This document shows positions 10,023 through 20,066 of a stretch of 64,000 bases of DNA, piece by piece; within the stretch, counting starts at the first letter, position 1, and each line of letters opens with the position of its first letter. A model generated the notes under the pieces. That model saw only the letters and a list, made by a program, of their open reading frames with translations. It was not told the DNA's origin and ran no database searches. This stretch comes from an uncultured Gammaproteobacteria bacterium (GTDB lineage: Bacteria; Patescibacteriota; Microgenomatia; Daviesbacterales; UBA10151): positions 66,969-130,968 of the forward strand of contig CAZYPW010000002.1 of assembly GCA_964649615.1 (NCBI GenBank), in the 5' to 3' direction. The translations under genes were made by a program, and so were the position numbers.

Positions 10023-11327
10023 TTATGGCAGAAATGACTTAATCAAACTAATTCCCTTTTGAATCATCCCTTTGATAGGAAGACTATTAGATAACATTGG
10101 CAAATGAATGCCTCCACCCTCATTTTGGATTGACCCATATAAAATTAACCCTGCGCTTGCGGAAAAAGCAGGAGAATCTATTTCTTCTACTAAACCAGCT
10201 AAACCTTCAATTTGGCCTAAGCGGGCTGGAAAGCCTAATACATATTTAGCCTGCTCTAATGCTCCTATTGTTTGTGACCCGCCACCGCAAAGAACCAATC
10301 CTGAAGGAATTTGGGCTCCAAATCCGCTTTTTTTAATCTCTTTTCCTACATATTTAAATATTTCATGCAATCTTGGCCTGATAATTCCATCTGATATAGC
10401 TTTAATGGAAATTTTTTGAACATCTTCTTCAATTCCTAAAGCCTTAACATCTAAAGACCCTTCCTCTTTCTTTTTTCTTCTGTCGCTTTCATCGTTTTGA
10501 TCATTTGAAATAGCCGGGATTTTCTCAACCTTATCCAACGACAGCTTAATTTTTTCAGCTGACTCCAACGATACTCTTAGGCCGACAGCCATATCAGAGG
10601 TGATATGCCGTGCACCAATTGGTATAACTGAGGAATAAGCTACAGAACCATCTATAAATATCACCACATCTGTTGTTTCCCCACCAATGTCAACCAAAAC
10701 TACCCCCAGCTCTTTTTCTGTATCTGTCAAAATTGCAAAAGAAGAAGCTATACCGGAAAAAACCAGCTCAGAAACATCTATGCCCACTTCCGATACACAT
10801 TTAACCAAATTTCTCATGGAAGTGGTAGAACCTGTAATAATATGCGTTTCAGTTTCAAGCCTTATCCCAGTCATACCTATAGGATCTTTAATACCTTCTT
10901 GCCCGTCAACTGTAAAAGTTCTGGGGATCACATGAAGGATCTCTCTGGAGGAAGGCAGGGGAACTGCTTTTGCAGCATCATTAACCCTGGCAATATCCCC
11001 CTCTTTTATTTCACCTTCAGGCTCAGCAACAGCTACCACTGCATGTGAATTAACGCTTTCAATTTGTGGGCCTCCTACTGAAATATAGGCTGAAGATATG
11101 GAATAGCCTGCCATTCTCTCTGAAGCCTCAACAGATTCCGTAATGGCAGTTATTGCTTCATCTATATCAACCACCTGATTTTTTCTGATTCCCTTTGAAG
11201 CAGTAGCAGAGATCCCTATTAAATTTATTTTTCCCGTCTCATCTACACTTGCAATTAGAGTTGCAATTTTTGAAGAACCAACATCTATTCCGCAAATAAC
11301 TTTATCTTTCATTTTTCTTAGGGGCAA
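10023..11327 (-). CDS. ftsA: Cell division protein FtsA (actin-like ATPase)
   Basis: ICGIDVGSSKI…, an actin-fold phosphate-1 motif, at the position upstream of ftsZ. Confidence 0.9.
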   Translation of the reverse strand: MPLRKMKDKVICGIDVGSSKIATLIASVDETGKINLIGISATASKGIRKNQVVDIDEAITAITESVEASERMAGYSISSAYISVGGPQIESVNSHAVVAVAEPEGEIKEGDIARVNDAAKAVPLPSSREILHVIPRTFTVDGQEGIKDPIGMTGIRLETETHIITGSTTSMRNLVKCVSEVGIDVSELVFSGIASSFAILTDTEKELGVVLVDIGGETTDVVIFIDGSVAYSSVIPIGARHITSDMAVGLRVSLESAEKIKLSLDKVEKIPAISNDQNDESDRRKKKEEGSLDVKALGIEEDVQKISIKAISDGIIRPRLHEIFKYVGKEIKKSGFGAQIPSGLVLCGGGSQTIGALEQAKYVLGFPARLGQIEGLAGLVEEIDSPAFSASAGLILYGSIQNEGGGIHLPMLSNSLPIKGMIQKGISLIKSFLP

Positions 11328-12093
11328 ATTTCACAATTGGCTTATCAAATCTCAAATCGATAACCTCTATCTCTTTATCATCTATTTTAGCCTCCTTTAG
11401 GATTAATTGTAAAGATGCAAGTTGATAGCTTACTGAAAGCTTAAGATTAAAAAATATTTTAGGGTTGGCATCTACAAATAATCCATTATCGGCAAGAGTA
11501 ATCAAACGGTTTATATTTATCCCCAGATTGTTTATGGTCGTTAATATTTTTTTAATATCTTCCATATTTGGCTCAGTGATAACTTTTCCTAATTCAATTT
11601 TTTGCCCAGACAGATAAATTTCAACCAAACTTAAACTCTCATCTTTATTAAAAATAATGCCTGTATCATCCACAATATATCCTCTATCTAAAATGTTTGA
11701 AGAAGATGTGGCCTCAACAAGAGAAAAAGATGAGGTCGCTTCATTTCTTATACTAACTAGTTTGGCGAAGGGTTGTCTGGCTATTAATTCAATGTTAATT
11801 ATATTTGGCAGCGATTTTGAAACAATCATATCTTTTATACAAGGATACCGGGGTTTCAAATCAGAAAATATTTTATGGAAATCTACATTTAAAATATGTT
11901 TGCCTAAAATTCCAAGTTTATTTTCAAATTTATCCCCATTTACACAAAAAGCTTTTTCATTTTTAATATTAATATTGCTGATGGAGAAAATTTTTAACTG
12001 CAAAAAATAGGCAGAGATACCAAGAAAGAGGATTAACAAAAAGAGCACTGCTGCCATAGCATATCTTATTTTTTTCTTTTTTTTAAACCTCAT
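11302..12093 (-). CDS. ftsQ: FtsQ/DivIB-like bitopic division protein (N-terminal TM plus a POTRA-like domain)
   Basis: A single N-terminal TM (AVLFLLILFLGISAYFL), in the conserved position between murG and ftsA. Confidence 0.6.
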   Translation of the reverse strand: MRFKKKKKIRYAMAAVLFLLILFLGISAYFLQLKIFSISNINIKNEKAFCVNGDKFENKLGILGKHILNVDFHKIFSDLKPRYPCIKDMIVSKSLPNIINIELIARQPFAKLVSIRNEATSSFSLVEATSSSNILDRGYIVDDTGIIFNKDESLSLVEIYLSGQKIELGKVITEPNMEDIKKILTTINNLGININRLITLADNGLFVDANPKIFFNLKLSVSYQLASLQLILKEAKIDDKEIEVIDLRFDKPIVKFAPKKNER

Positions 12094-12101
12094 GCCATAA
12101 A

Positions 12102-13211
12102 TTATACATCCCTTAAAAGCAAAATTGTTTCAAGGGCTACTCTTTGTGCTGCATCTACTACCACCACTTTTTTTGCCCCTTTAGCCTTTATCCTTAAATT
12201 ATCCAAATCTTTTACCATTTGCTTAATATTTTCCAGTAGAACTTTACTTGACAGCTTTGATTGAGGAAGAATTCTAGTAAGGCCTAAGTTTTCAAAAAAT
12301 TTAGCGTTTTCGTTCTGTTCATCCTGGTATAAATAAGGTATCGGAATAACTAAGGCGGGCTTTTGAAAATAAGCAAGTTCCATCAAAGTATTAATTCCAG
12401 CCCTAGAAATAACAAGATCTGTTTTTGAAAGCAAACTTGCCCACTGCTCCCCAATCCATTTTTTTACTATATATCCTTCTCCCCTAAATTTCTCCAAACG
12501 TTCAAAGTCCCTAAATTTATTATCTCCGCTCACATGGATTACACAAGCAATTTTAAGTAATTTATCAATACAACCCTCCACAGCCTGGTTTATAACGTGT
12601 GAACCTTGATTGCCACCTGTTATTAGAATAATGGGTAGCTTATTTTTTCTTGCAACATTTATTAGATTTTTAAACTCTGATGTTAGATTGCTGTGAGGAT
12701 GAATTATTTGCTCTCTTAAGGGGTTTCCACTCAAGATATACCTTTTATCATTAAAGTTATTTTGTTTAAAGGAAATGGCAATTTTGCTTGCAAATATATT
12801 GTTGATTATGTTTGCAATTCCTGCGGTTAGTGTCTGCTGATGAGTAATAATAGGAATAGAAAGCAACCAACCCCAAAAAACTAGTGGTATAGATACGTAT
12901 CCTCCAAAAGATAATATTACATCCGGTTTTTGGATTAAAAGTATATATAATGCCTGAAACAAGCCTATTGGAATTTTGAAAAGTGTGTAAAAAGTGAAAA
13001 TATTAAAAGTTCTTTGCCACCTACCTGCCACAATTGGAATGAATTCAACTCCTAAGAGAGGTACTACTTGGGATTCAATAGATTGAGCATTATCACCTTC
13101 CATAGTAGCCCTTCTTCCAACATAAATAATGTCAATATTCTTATTTTTTTTAAGTTCAGAAATCACCGCAACTGCAGGAGTAAAATGTGTACCAGTTAAT
13201 AATATCTTCAT
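12102..13211 (-). CDS. murG: UDP-GlcNAc:lipid I N-acetylglucosaminyltransferase MurG (GT28)
   Basis: MKILLTGTHFTPAVA…, GGYVSIPLV… and ITGGNQGSHVIN, matching the MurG G-loops. Confidence 0.9.
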   Translation of the reverse strand: MKILLTGTHFTPAVAVISELKKNKNIDIIYVGRRATMEGDNAQSIESQVVPLLGVEFIPIVAGRWQRTFNIFTFYTLFKIPIGLFQALYILLIQKPDVILSFGGYVSIPLVFWGWLLSIPIITHQQTLTAGIANIINNIFASKIAISFKQNNFNDKRYILSGNPLREQIIHPHSNLTSEFKNLINVARKNKLPIILITGGNQGSHVINQAVEGCIDKLLKIACVIHVSGDNKFRDFERLEKFRGEGYIVKKWIGEQWASLLSKTDLVISRAGINTLMELAYFQKPALVIPIPYLYQDEQNENAKFFENLGLTRILPQSKLSSKVLLENIKQMVKDLDNLRIKAKGAKKVVVVDAAQRVALETILLLRDV

Positions 13212-13305
13212 TAGATAATTCTACGTTATTGTCTTACCCTAAGCAATTCATAGCCTCATAGGGTTGAACCTTGTGAGACTAAAAAGAATATGTTACATTA
13301 TATTT

Positions 13306-14004
13306 ATGCCCGCCCGTAACAGAACCAAACAATATGTAGGAGAGAGTTATTATCATATTTATAATCGTGGAGTTGAGAAAAGAACAATTTTTTTAGATGA
13401 ACAGGATTATTCAGTTTTCCTTTCTTACTTAAAAGAGTATTTATCCTTTAGAGATGACAGAGCTTTGTCAGACAGGTTAATGGATTATTCTATCTCCTAT
13501 AAGGAAAGAGACCACATTCTAAGAATTTTAAGATTAAACAACTTCTACGAGGAGATTACTCTTCTTGCTTATTGTTTAATGACTAATCACTTTCATTTTT
13601 TTATCAAACAAAAAGGTGCACAATCAATTGATAAATTTATGCAATCATTTGTTACAAGATATGTGATGTACTTTAATAGAAAATACAAAAGAGTTGGGGC
13701 TTTATACCAAGATATCTATAAAGCGGTCCTTCTTGAAAATGATGAGCAATTTGTATACCTATCAAAATACATACATAGACAGGCAAATATCCATGATTTA
13801 CGCACACAGGGTTCAACCTTGGGAGGCTGGAAGCAACCATCTTCTTATCCTGAATACCTTGGAGAAAGAAAAACTGAGTGGATTCACCCAGAAGAAGTTT
13901 TAAGTTATTTTTCTAAAACCAATCCTAAACTCACCTATAAAGCTTTTGTGGAAGAAAAAGATGATTTTTCTGTAATAGAAAATAAGCTTTTAGAAGATAA
14001 TTAA
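13306..14004 (+). mobile_element. IS200/IS605-type Y1 HuH transposase-like gene (RAYT/IS200-like, 232 aa with a C-terminal extension). A single gene, antisense to the dcw cluster.
   Basis: The HuH motif NHFHFFI and the catalytic-Tyr region ALYQDIYKAVLLEND fit the Y1_Tnp pattern (F/L-W/Y-Q…Y…V/I). No TnpB gene and no obvious subterminal hairpins. Confidence 0.7.
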
Positions 14005-14897
14005 TCTTTTATAAAATTAATCACATCTAATAAGTTCCCAGTGGTTATTTGATGTTCATCATTAATTTCAGTATTCACTCTAGCTTTCTGAAAAAGAACA
14101 ACTAAACCAAAACCCAATTGCTCTTTAGGCATTTGTAAATCTCCACCAAAAGAATCACCAACCATAATTGCATTTTTAGTATCAACTGCTTTTCCTAAGT
14201 CTTGTTCTGCTATTTTTATTCCTTTCTCAAAAAAGTCTAAATGTGGTTTATCTTCAGGATCACCAATAGACAAAGCATTAAAACTAACTCCTTTTTCTCT
14301 TAATAGCTCTATTCTTTGTCTCTTTAGTACCTCCGAATATTCTGGATCATAATCAAATTGACCTTCTTGATCCATTTTTAACCTCCCATCACTACTTGTG
14401 ATTAAATAGATTGGTCTATTATGCCTTTTAATCTCTTGAATCAGATTAAGTGCATGAGGATAAACAGTAGTTTGTTCTGTTAAGGTTATCCAGTATGCAT
14501 CAGCAGATTCATGAACTAACTCTGGAGGAATTTTTAAACCTGCTTGCTCTGCTGCGAGTTTCACAAAAACTTCTCTACTCCACTTTTTAATAGCACCATA
14601 CCTTTGTTTTACTCTGACTTGGGCGCTTTCGATATCATCTATCAGTTTGTCAAAAGCCTCTTTCCTTCCTGGTACTTGCTGCCAATCTTCTTCACCTTTC
14701 ACCCTGTATCCAGTCATCATTAATTGGAAAATGTTATTAAAATTGTCTTGAACTTGTTGAGCTTGTTCTGATGTAAATTTTACTGAAAATACTCTTTTTA
14801 TTCCCTTAGAAGCAGACATTGTTGTTCCCGCTGTATCAATCAAAGTATCATCTATGTCAAAAAACCATATAGACTTTAGCCAAGGAATTTTATTCAT
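14001..14897 (-). CDS. HAD-superfamily hydrolase/phosphatase
   Basis: Motif I FFDIDDTLIDT (DxDxT) and motif IV MVGDSFGGD. Confidence 0.7.
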   Translation of the reverse strand: MNKIPWLKSIWFFDIDDTLIDTAGTTMSASKGIKRVFSVKFTSEQAQQVQDNFNNIFQLMMTGYRVKGEEDWQQVPGRKEAFDKLIDDIESAQVRVKQRYGAIKKWSREVFVKLAAEQAGLKIPPELVHESADAYWITLTEQTTVYPHALNLIQEIKRHNRPIYLITSSDGRLKMDQEGQFDYDPEYSEVLKRQRIELLREKGVSFNALSIGDPEDKPHLDFFEKGIKIAEQDLGKAVDTKNAIMVGDSFGGDLQMPKEQLGFGLVVLFQKARVNTEINDEHQITTGNLLDVINFIKD

Positions 14898-14903
14898 AAA
14901 AGA

Positions 14904-15995
14904 CTAATTATTTTTGGAAATATTTAATAATATTCCAACTGCTGTTAAATTTGCTACCAATGCTGAACCTCCATAAGAAATAAAAGGCAGGGGAACTCCG
15001 GTTAAAGGAAGCAATGCTACCATAGATGATAAATTTATTACTACCTGTACACCAAGCCATGAAGTCAAACCAATTGCTAAAATCTTTCCAAAATTATCAG
15101 GGCAATTCTCGGAAATTTTTAATCCCTTAAAAATAAACACCACAAAGAGCATTATTAAAAATAATGTTCCTACAAAACCCAGCTCTTCCCCAACTATGCC
15201 AAAAATTGAATCTGTTGATACCTCAGGTATATATTCAAACTTTTGCCTTGAATGGGAAAGGCCTAATCCAAATAATCCACCCGATCCTAAGGCAATAAGC
15301 ACTTGAGAAATATGATAGGTAAAACCTTGGGGATCTGAAAAAGGATCTAAGAATGCCAATACTCTTTTAAGGCGGTAACTAGATGTAAAAATAAGTGCCA
15401 GTAAAGTTACAATGGCAGCTGGTATTACTAAGAGAAAATGCCAAAGAGGGCCACCTCTTACAAAATAAAGGGCAGCTGTAGCTAGAACAAAAACAATAGT
15501 TGAACCCAAATCCTTTTGAAATACAGCAATGATTAAAGTTACCACTCCTACCAAAGTAATAAACGGGAAAAATCTGACCCCCTTTTCAAAAATTGTTGAC
15601 AAAAAAATTATTCCAGTTAATTTGACAATTTCTGCAGGTTGAATTGTAATAAACCCCAGTTTCAACCATCTATGAGCTCCCCCGCCAGATATTCCCAACC
15701 CTGGTATAAAAACAGCTACTAAAAGTACAAGGGAAATTAAAAGTAGTGGAAAAGCTAATCGTTTAAATTTTTTATAATCTAAATTAGCAAATAAAAGTAG
15801 CGATACAAATCCTAAAACAACCCAAATAAGCTGTTGTCTAATATAATAGTAGCTATCATTAAAATCATTTAAAGCTTGTATAACGGAGGCGTCATAAACC
15901 ATCAAAAGGCCAAAACCAACTAAGAGACCAACTATAGATAACATCTGAAAATCTATCTGTTTATTTTGTTGCTGAAGGCGAAATCTAGTAAACAT
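14904..15995 (-). CDS. ftsW: SEDS-family lipid II polymerase FtsW
   Basis: SEDS motifs (…PLPFISYGGSALVANL…), at the dcw position next to mraY and murG. Confidence 0.85.
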   Translation of the reverse strand: MFTRFRLQQQNKQIDFQMLSIVGLLVGFGLLMVYDASVIQALNDFNDSYYYIRQQLIWVVLGFVSLLLFANLDYKKFKRLAFPLLLISLVLLVAVFIPGLGISGGGAHRWLKLGFITIQPAEIVKLTGIIFLSTIFEKGVRFFPFITLVGVVTLIIAVFQKDLGSTIVFVLATAALYFVRGGPLWHFLLVIPAAIVTLLALIFTSSYRLKRVLAFLDPFSDPQGFTYHISQVLIALGSGGLFGLGLSHSRQKFEYIPEVSTDSIFGIVGEELGFVGTLFLIMLFVVFIFKGLKISENCPDNFGKILAIGLTSWLGVQVVINLSSMVALLPLTGVPLPFISYGGSALVANLTAVGILLNISKNN

Positions 15996-16005
15996 AAATT
16001 ATACC

Positions 16006-17013
16006 TTAATTGGATAACAGTGCAATCCAAACACCTAAAACGGCAAAGAGTGACTGTACTAACCAAAACCTGAATACAATTTTTGGCTCTTGCCAACCAA
16101 TATATTTAAAATACATGTGGATTGGAGCAATGGGTAATATTTTTCTTGCCAAAAATTTCTTGGAGATTATTTGCAGTAGCGATGAGCAAATAATTACAAA
16201 AAACATCCCGCCTATAATTGCAAATGCTAAAATTTTCCCTGATAATAAACCTACAACTGCCAATGTTGCACCAAAAGCAAATGCTCCAGCATCTCCTAAG
16301 AAAATTCTTGCAGGCCAAATATTAAAATAAAGAAAAGCAAGTAAAGCCCCTATCCATATGCCAATAAAAGAACCTAAAGTCAGATCTAAATATTGAGAAA
16401 ATATGGCTAAAAATGCAAATAAGCAGATTGTTAAAAGGCCTGCTGCTAAACCATCAAGGCCATCAGAAATGTTATAAGCATTGGTAAAAGAAACAATTAC
16501 AAATGTAGCAAAAGGAATATACCAAAAATCGATCACATAATTGCCTAATAGAGGAATATATAAATTATTAAGCCCTATTAAAAAATAGAGCAGTGAGGCA
16601 ATAATTAAAGCACAGATTGTTTGCAAAATAAATATTTCTTTCCGTCCTAACCCCAAAAATTTCCCGCTTCTTTTTGTCAAAATAAGCTTGATATCATCAA
16701 CTGCCCCCAAGCTGCCAAAAGAAATTAATGTAGCAATCAGGATAAGAAGAACTGTCCGGTCCGGTTGGCTACTAACAAATGCAAAACCTAAACTCAATAT
16801 AATTAATATAGGAATTAGCAGCAATCCTCCCCCTGAAGGAATTTTCTCATCCATTTTCATTAATTGATCATGAATAGGAGTATCAGAAATTCTTTTTATC
16901 GCCTTAGAATTTTCAAATTTTCTCTTTAAGTAAAATAAAAGATCTATGAAAGGAACTAGAAAAATACTGGTGATAAAAAAAGAAAGCAGTAGCAGTCCTA
17001 GAAGTTGAGTCAT
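16006..17013 (-). CDS. mraY: Phospho-N-acetylmuramoyl-pentapeptide transferase MraY
   Basis: The NAYNISDGLDGLAAG motif in a 10-TM protein. Confidence 0.95.
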   Translation of the reverse strand: MTQLLGLLLLSFFITSIFLVPFIDLLFYLKRKFENSKAIKRISDTPIHDQLMKMDEKIPSGGGLLLIPILIILSLGFAFVSSQPDRTVLLILIATLISFGSLGAVDDIKLILTKRSGKFLGLGRKEIFILQTICALIIASLLYFLIGLNNLYIPLLGNYVIDFWYIPFATFVIVSFTNAYNISDGLDGLAAGLLTICLFAFLAIFSQYLDLTLGSFIGIWIGALLAFLYFNIWPARIFLGDAGAFAFGATLAVVGLLSGKILAFAIIGGMFFVIICSSLLQIISKKFLARKILPIAPIHMYFKYIGWQEPKIVFRFWLVQSLFAVLGVWIALLSN

Positions 17014-17025
17014 AAATTTTTGTGG

Positions 17026-18222
17026 TTATTTCTTAGTAATTCTTTTTACTACTTCATCCAATCTTACCGCACGGGAGCCCTTAATCAAACACACATCACC
17101 TTTCCCTAAGTTCTTTAACAGTTTAGACACCATCTGGGAGTTTTGCAAGTTTACACTCAGCCTTTCTTCAAAGAATCCTAAATTCTTTAACTCATCTGCT
17201 ATAATTTGGGCCTCTCCTTGCCCTAAAAAAACTAAATCAACTTTTTCCTTAAATATTCTCCTTGCTACTTCCCTATGAAGCATCTCCGAATATTTACCTA
17301 ACTCTCTCATCTCACCTAAGACTAAAACTCTTCTTCTGGCTGGAATTTGTAAAAGAGCATCAATGGCCCCGTCAACAGCAGCAGGTGAAGAGTTATAGGT
17401 ATCATCCAAAATTACAGAACCATTCGGACCAGCTACTACTTGCAACCTATGATCGGAAGATTCAACAGATTCTAGCGCTACCTTTATTTTTGTTAAAGGA
17501 ATATTACAAATAATGCCTAAGGCTGCTGCTGCCAAAGCTGGATAAACTTGGTGTAGGCCTAATAATTGGTATTCAATTTTTACTCTTTCCACCCCTACAT
17601 TTAACTCAAAAATGGTTTTAAAATCCTCTATCCTAATATTTCCTGCCCAGACATTGCAGTTTTTAGAATCTGTGCCAAAAAATATCACCTCTCCTTTGCA
17701 AATTTGAGATAATTTCCGGGTATAAACATCATCATAGTTTAATATAGCCACTCCATCTGAAGGTAATTGTTCTACTAATTTACCTTTTTCCTGGGCAATC
17801 TGCTCCACATTTCCGAGATATTCACTATGGGCATAAAAAATTTTGGTGACTATTACAGTTTTTGGGCTAATAATAGAAAGGTAAAAATCCATTTCTCCTG
17901 GGTATTCAATTCCCATCTCAAATATGGCTTTTTTAACAGATGGTCGTAGTTTCAAAACAGTTTCAGGAATATTTAAAATAGGGTCTAAATTTGGGGAAGT
18001 TGTTATAGTTTTGAATTTTTGCGAGAGAATAGCTTGAGAGACTTGAATACAAGTGGTCTTTCCTACAGATCCGCTAACTCCTACAAATAATTCTCTTGGA
18101 TATAATTTGGCGTATTCTCTTGCTAAATGAATCCTTAAAAGATGAAAAGGTTTTTTAAATTTAGATATTTTAGTTTTATAAGGTGTACTTTGATTCCAAA
18201 TAGGATGTGCTTTAATATCCAT
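17026..18222 (-). CDS. murF: Mur ligase, probably UDP-MurNAc-tripeptide:D-Ala-D-Ala ligase MurF (short form, 398 aa)
   Basis: The P-loop GVSGSVGKTT, in the dcw position immediately upstream of mraY. Its N-terminal domain is shortened. Confidence 0.65.
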   Translation of the reverse strand: MDIKAHPIWNQSTPYKTKISKFKKPFHLLRIHLAREYAKLYPRELFVGVSGSVGKTTCIQVSQAILSQKFKTITTSPNLDPILNIPETVLKLRPSVKKAIFEMGIEYPGEMDFYLSIISPKTVIVTKIFYAHSEYLGNVEQIAQEKGKLVEQLPSDGVAILNYDDVYTRKLSQICKGEVIFFGTDSKNCNVWAGNIRIEDFKTIFELNVGVERVKIEYQLLGLHQVYPALAAAALGIICNIPLTKIKVALESVESSDHRLQVVAGPNGSVILDDTYNSSPAAVDGAIDALLQIPARRRVLVLGEMRELGKYSEMLHREVARRIFKEKVDLVFLGQGEAQIIADELKNLGFFEERLSVNLQNSQMVSKLLKNLGKGDVCLIKGSRAVRLDEVVKRITKK

Positions 18223-18228
18223 ATAAAC

Positions 18229-19485
18229 TTAAGCTTTTTTAATCTCCGCTCCTAAGCCTCTTAATTTGCTGACTACATCCTCATACCCTCTCTCTATTAG
18301 TTCAGCTTGATTAATAACACTTTTACCTTTTGCTTTTAAGGAAGCTAAAACAAGTGCCATTCCTGCTCTGATGTCGGGGGTTTCTAGCTCTCTGCCTTTA
18401 AGTTTAGTAGGGCCATATACAAACACTCTGTGTGGATCAGCCAAGCTGATTTGGGCTCCCATACTAATTAACTTATCTACAAAAAACATTCTTGATTCAT
18501 ACATCCAATCATGGCACAGGGTTACACCTTTGCTTTGGGTTGCTAAAACAATAGCTGCACTCATTAAATCAGTTGGGAAACCTGGCCATATATTGGTAAT
18601 GATTTTTGGCACAGATTTCAAATTTGACTCAACCACACTTAATGTTTCATTATCCTGTTCAATTTTTATGCCAAATTTTTTTAAGGGAGACAGTATTGGT
18701 TCTAAGTCTGTAGTATCTAACCCTTTAATTTTAACTTTCCCTCCACAAATTGCGCAAGCAATTATATAGGTCCCAACCTCTATATAATCTATGCCTAATC
18801 TAAATTTAATACCTCGAAGTTGATTAATACCTTGAATAGTTAAGGTATCTGTCCCTATTCCAAGAATCTTTGCACCCATTAGATTTAGCATATTACAAAG
18901 ATCCTGGATATGTGGTTCCGTAGGAGTGTTTTTTATAATAATCTGCCTATTTCCTATCACAGAAACTAGGATTAAATTCTCAGCTGCTGTAACAGATGCT
19001 TCATCCAAAAAGATCTGGCTATTTTGTGTTTTATCAAAAGGGTTATATTCTACTGTATATTTTAAATCATTCTTTTTGATATTTGCCCCTAATTTTTTAA
19101 AACCTTCCAGATGAGTCTCTATGCTTCTTTTACCAATAATATCTCCTCCAGGATGATAAAAAGAAACTTTTTTTTGCCTGGAAAGCATAGCTCCTGATAA
19201 CACCACAGATCCCCTGAGTTTTTTTACTAAATCATCTGGTAAACTAGTTTTTTTAATTTCAGTAGCCTTAATATGAAGGTTAGAACCCATCTTTTTCACC
19301 ATCACGCCAATATTTTGTAAAATTTCTATTAATACCTCACTATCTCTGATTTCTGAAACATTTTCTAAAATTACCTCATCCTGGGTCAAAATGGCAGCAG
19401 CCACACAAGGGAATAAAGAATTTTTATTGCCTGAAACAGTTAATTCTCCTATTAATTTTTTTCCACCTTCAATTATATATTTCAT
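18229..19485 (-). CDS. murA: UDP-GlcNAc 1-carboxyvinyltransferase MurA
   Basis: An EPSP-synthase-fold N-terminus (LTVSGNKNSLFPCVAAAIL), 418 aa. Confidence 0.9.
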   Translation of the reverse strand: MKYIIEGGKKLIGELTVSGNKNSLFPCVAAAILTQDEVILENVSEIRDSEVLIEILQNIGVMVKKMGSNLHIKATEIKKTSLPDDLVKKLRGSVVLSGAMLSRQKKVSFYHPGGDIIGKRSIETHLEGFKKLGANIKKNDLKYTVEYNPFDKTQNSQIFLDEASVTAAENLILVSVIGNRQIIIKNTPTEPHIQDLCNMLNLMGAKILGIGTDTLTIQGINQLRGIKFRLGIDYIEVGTYIIACAICGGKVKIKGLDTTDLEPILSPLKKFGIKIEQDNETLSVVESNLKSVPKIITNIWPGFPTDLMSAAIVLATQSKGVTLCHDWMYESRMFFVDKLISMGAQISLADPHRVFVYGPTKLKGRELETPDIRAGMALVLASLKAKGKSVINQAELIERGYEDVVSKLRGLGAEIKKA

Positions 19486-20066
19486 ATTTTTGCCTTAATT
19501 TTAAATATAGCAGATAAAACAATATGTTTTTTTAAGTTTAACTGCTGAGGATCTATCTCTTCTATATCCTCACCTAAGGTTAATACTTTAATACTTTTGG
19601 CTTTACTTTGCAAAAGTGCACTGATAAATAAATTGCCTCCAATGCTTCCTGGAATATTCCTAAATTGCTCTGATGATAAATTTTGGCTATCTAAGAATTC
19701 TACAAATTTATTCAAACTTACTCCTGACTCCACCTCTATTAGTGCTTCCTCTACTCCAATTCCAAACCTGGTCACTTTACCTTTAACAGAAACTGTTTGA
19801 ATGTTTTTGGTTCTGTTTTTAATAACCAGCCCTGAGAATCCATAATCTGAAAGCATTACTTTACTTCCGGTTCCTAATAAAAAGAAGGGAATCTTTAATT
19901 CCCTGGACATACTGATAATTTTTATCAACTCAGATGTAGTAAAAGCTATAAAAAAAACTCTAGCAGGCCCCCCAACTCCTAAAGCAGCATAATTTTTCAC
20001 TTCCTCATTAAGTTTAAATCTCTCCTGCCCAAAAGAATTTATAATCAGCTTGTATTTATTATCCAT
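19482..20066 (-). CDS. murB: MurB-like FAD-binding domain protein (UDP-N-acetylenolpyruvoylglucosamine reductase, N-terminal domain only; 194 aa)
   Basis: ALGVGGPARVFF…KIPFFLLGTGSKVML…IPGSIGG matches the MurB FAD_binding_4 region. There is no C-terminal substrate domain. The stop overlaps the murA start in an ATGA junction. Confidence 0.6.
   Translation of the reverse strand: MDNKYKLIINSFGQERFKLNEEVKNYAALGVGGPARVFFIAFTTSELIKIISMSRELKIPFFLLGTGSKVMLSDYGFSGLVIKNRTKNIQTVSVKGKVTRFGIGVEEALIEVESGVSLNKFVEFLDSQNLSSEQFRNIPGSIGGNLFISALLQSKAKSIKVLTLGEDIEEIDPQQLNLKKHIVLSAIFKIKAKI

Noticed and set aside
13258-13822. GGTT[G/C]AACC palindromes near or inside the IS200-like gene, as possible REP/IS ends
   Set aside because: There are only two copies, and one is inside the coding region. 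This is too weak to call element termini, so it is noted only under the transposase finding.
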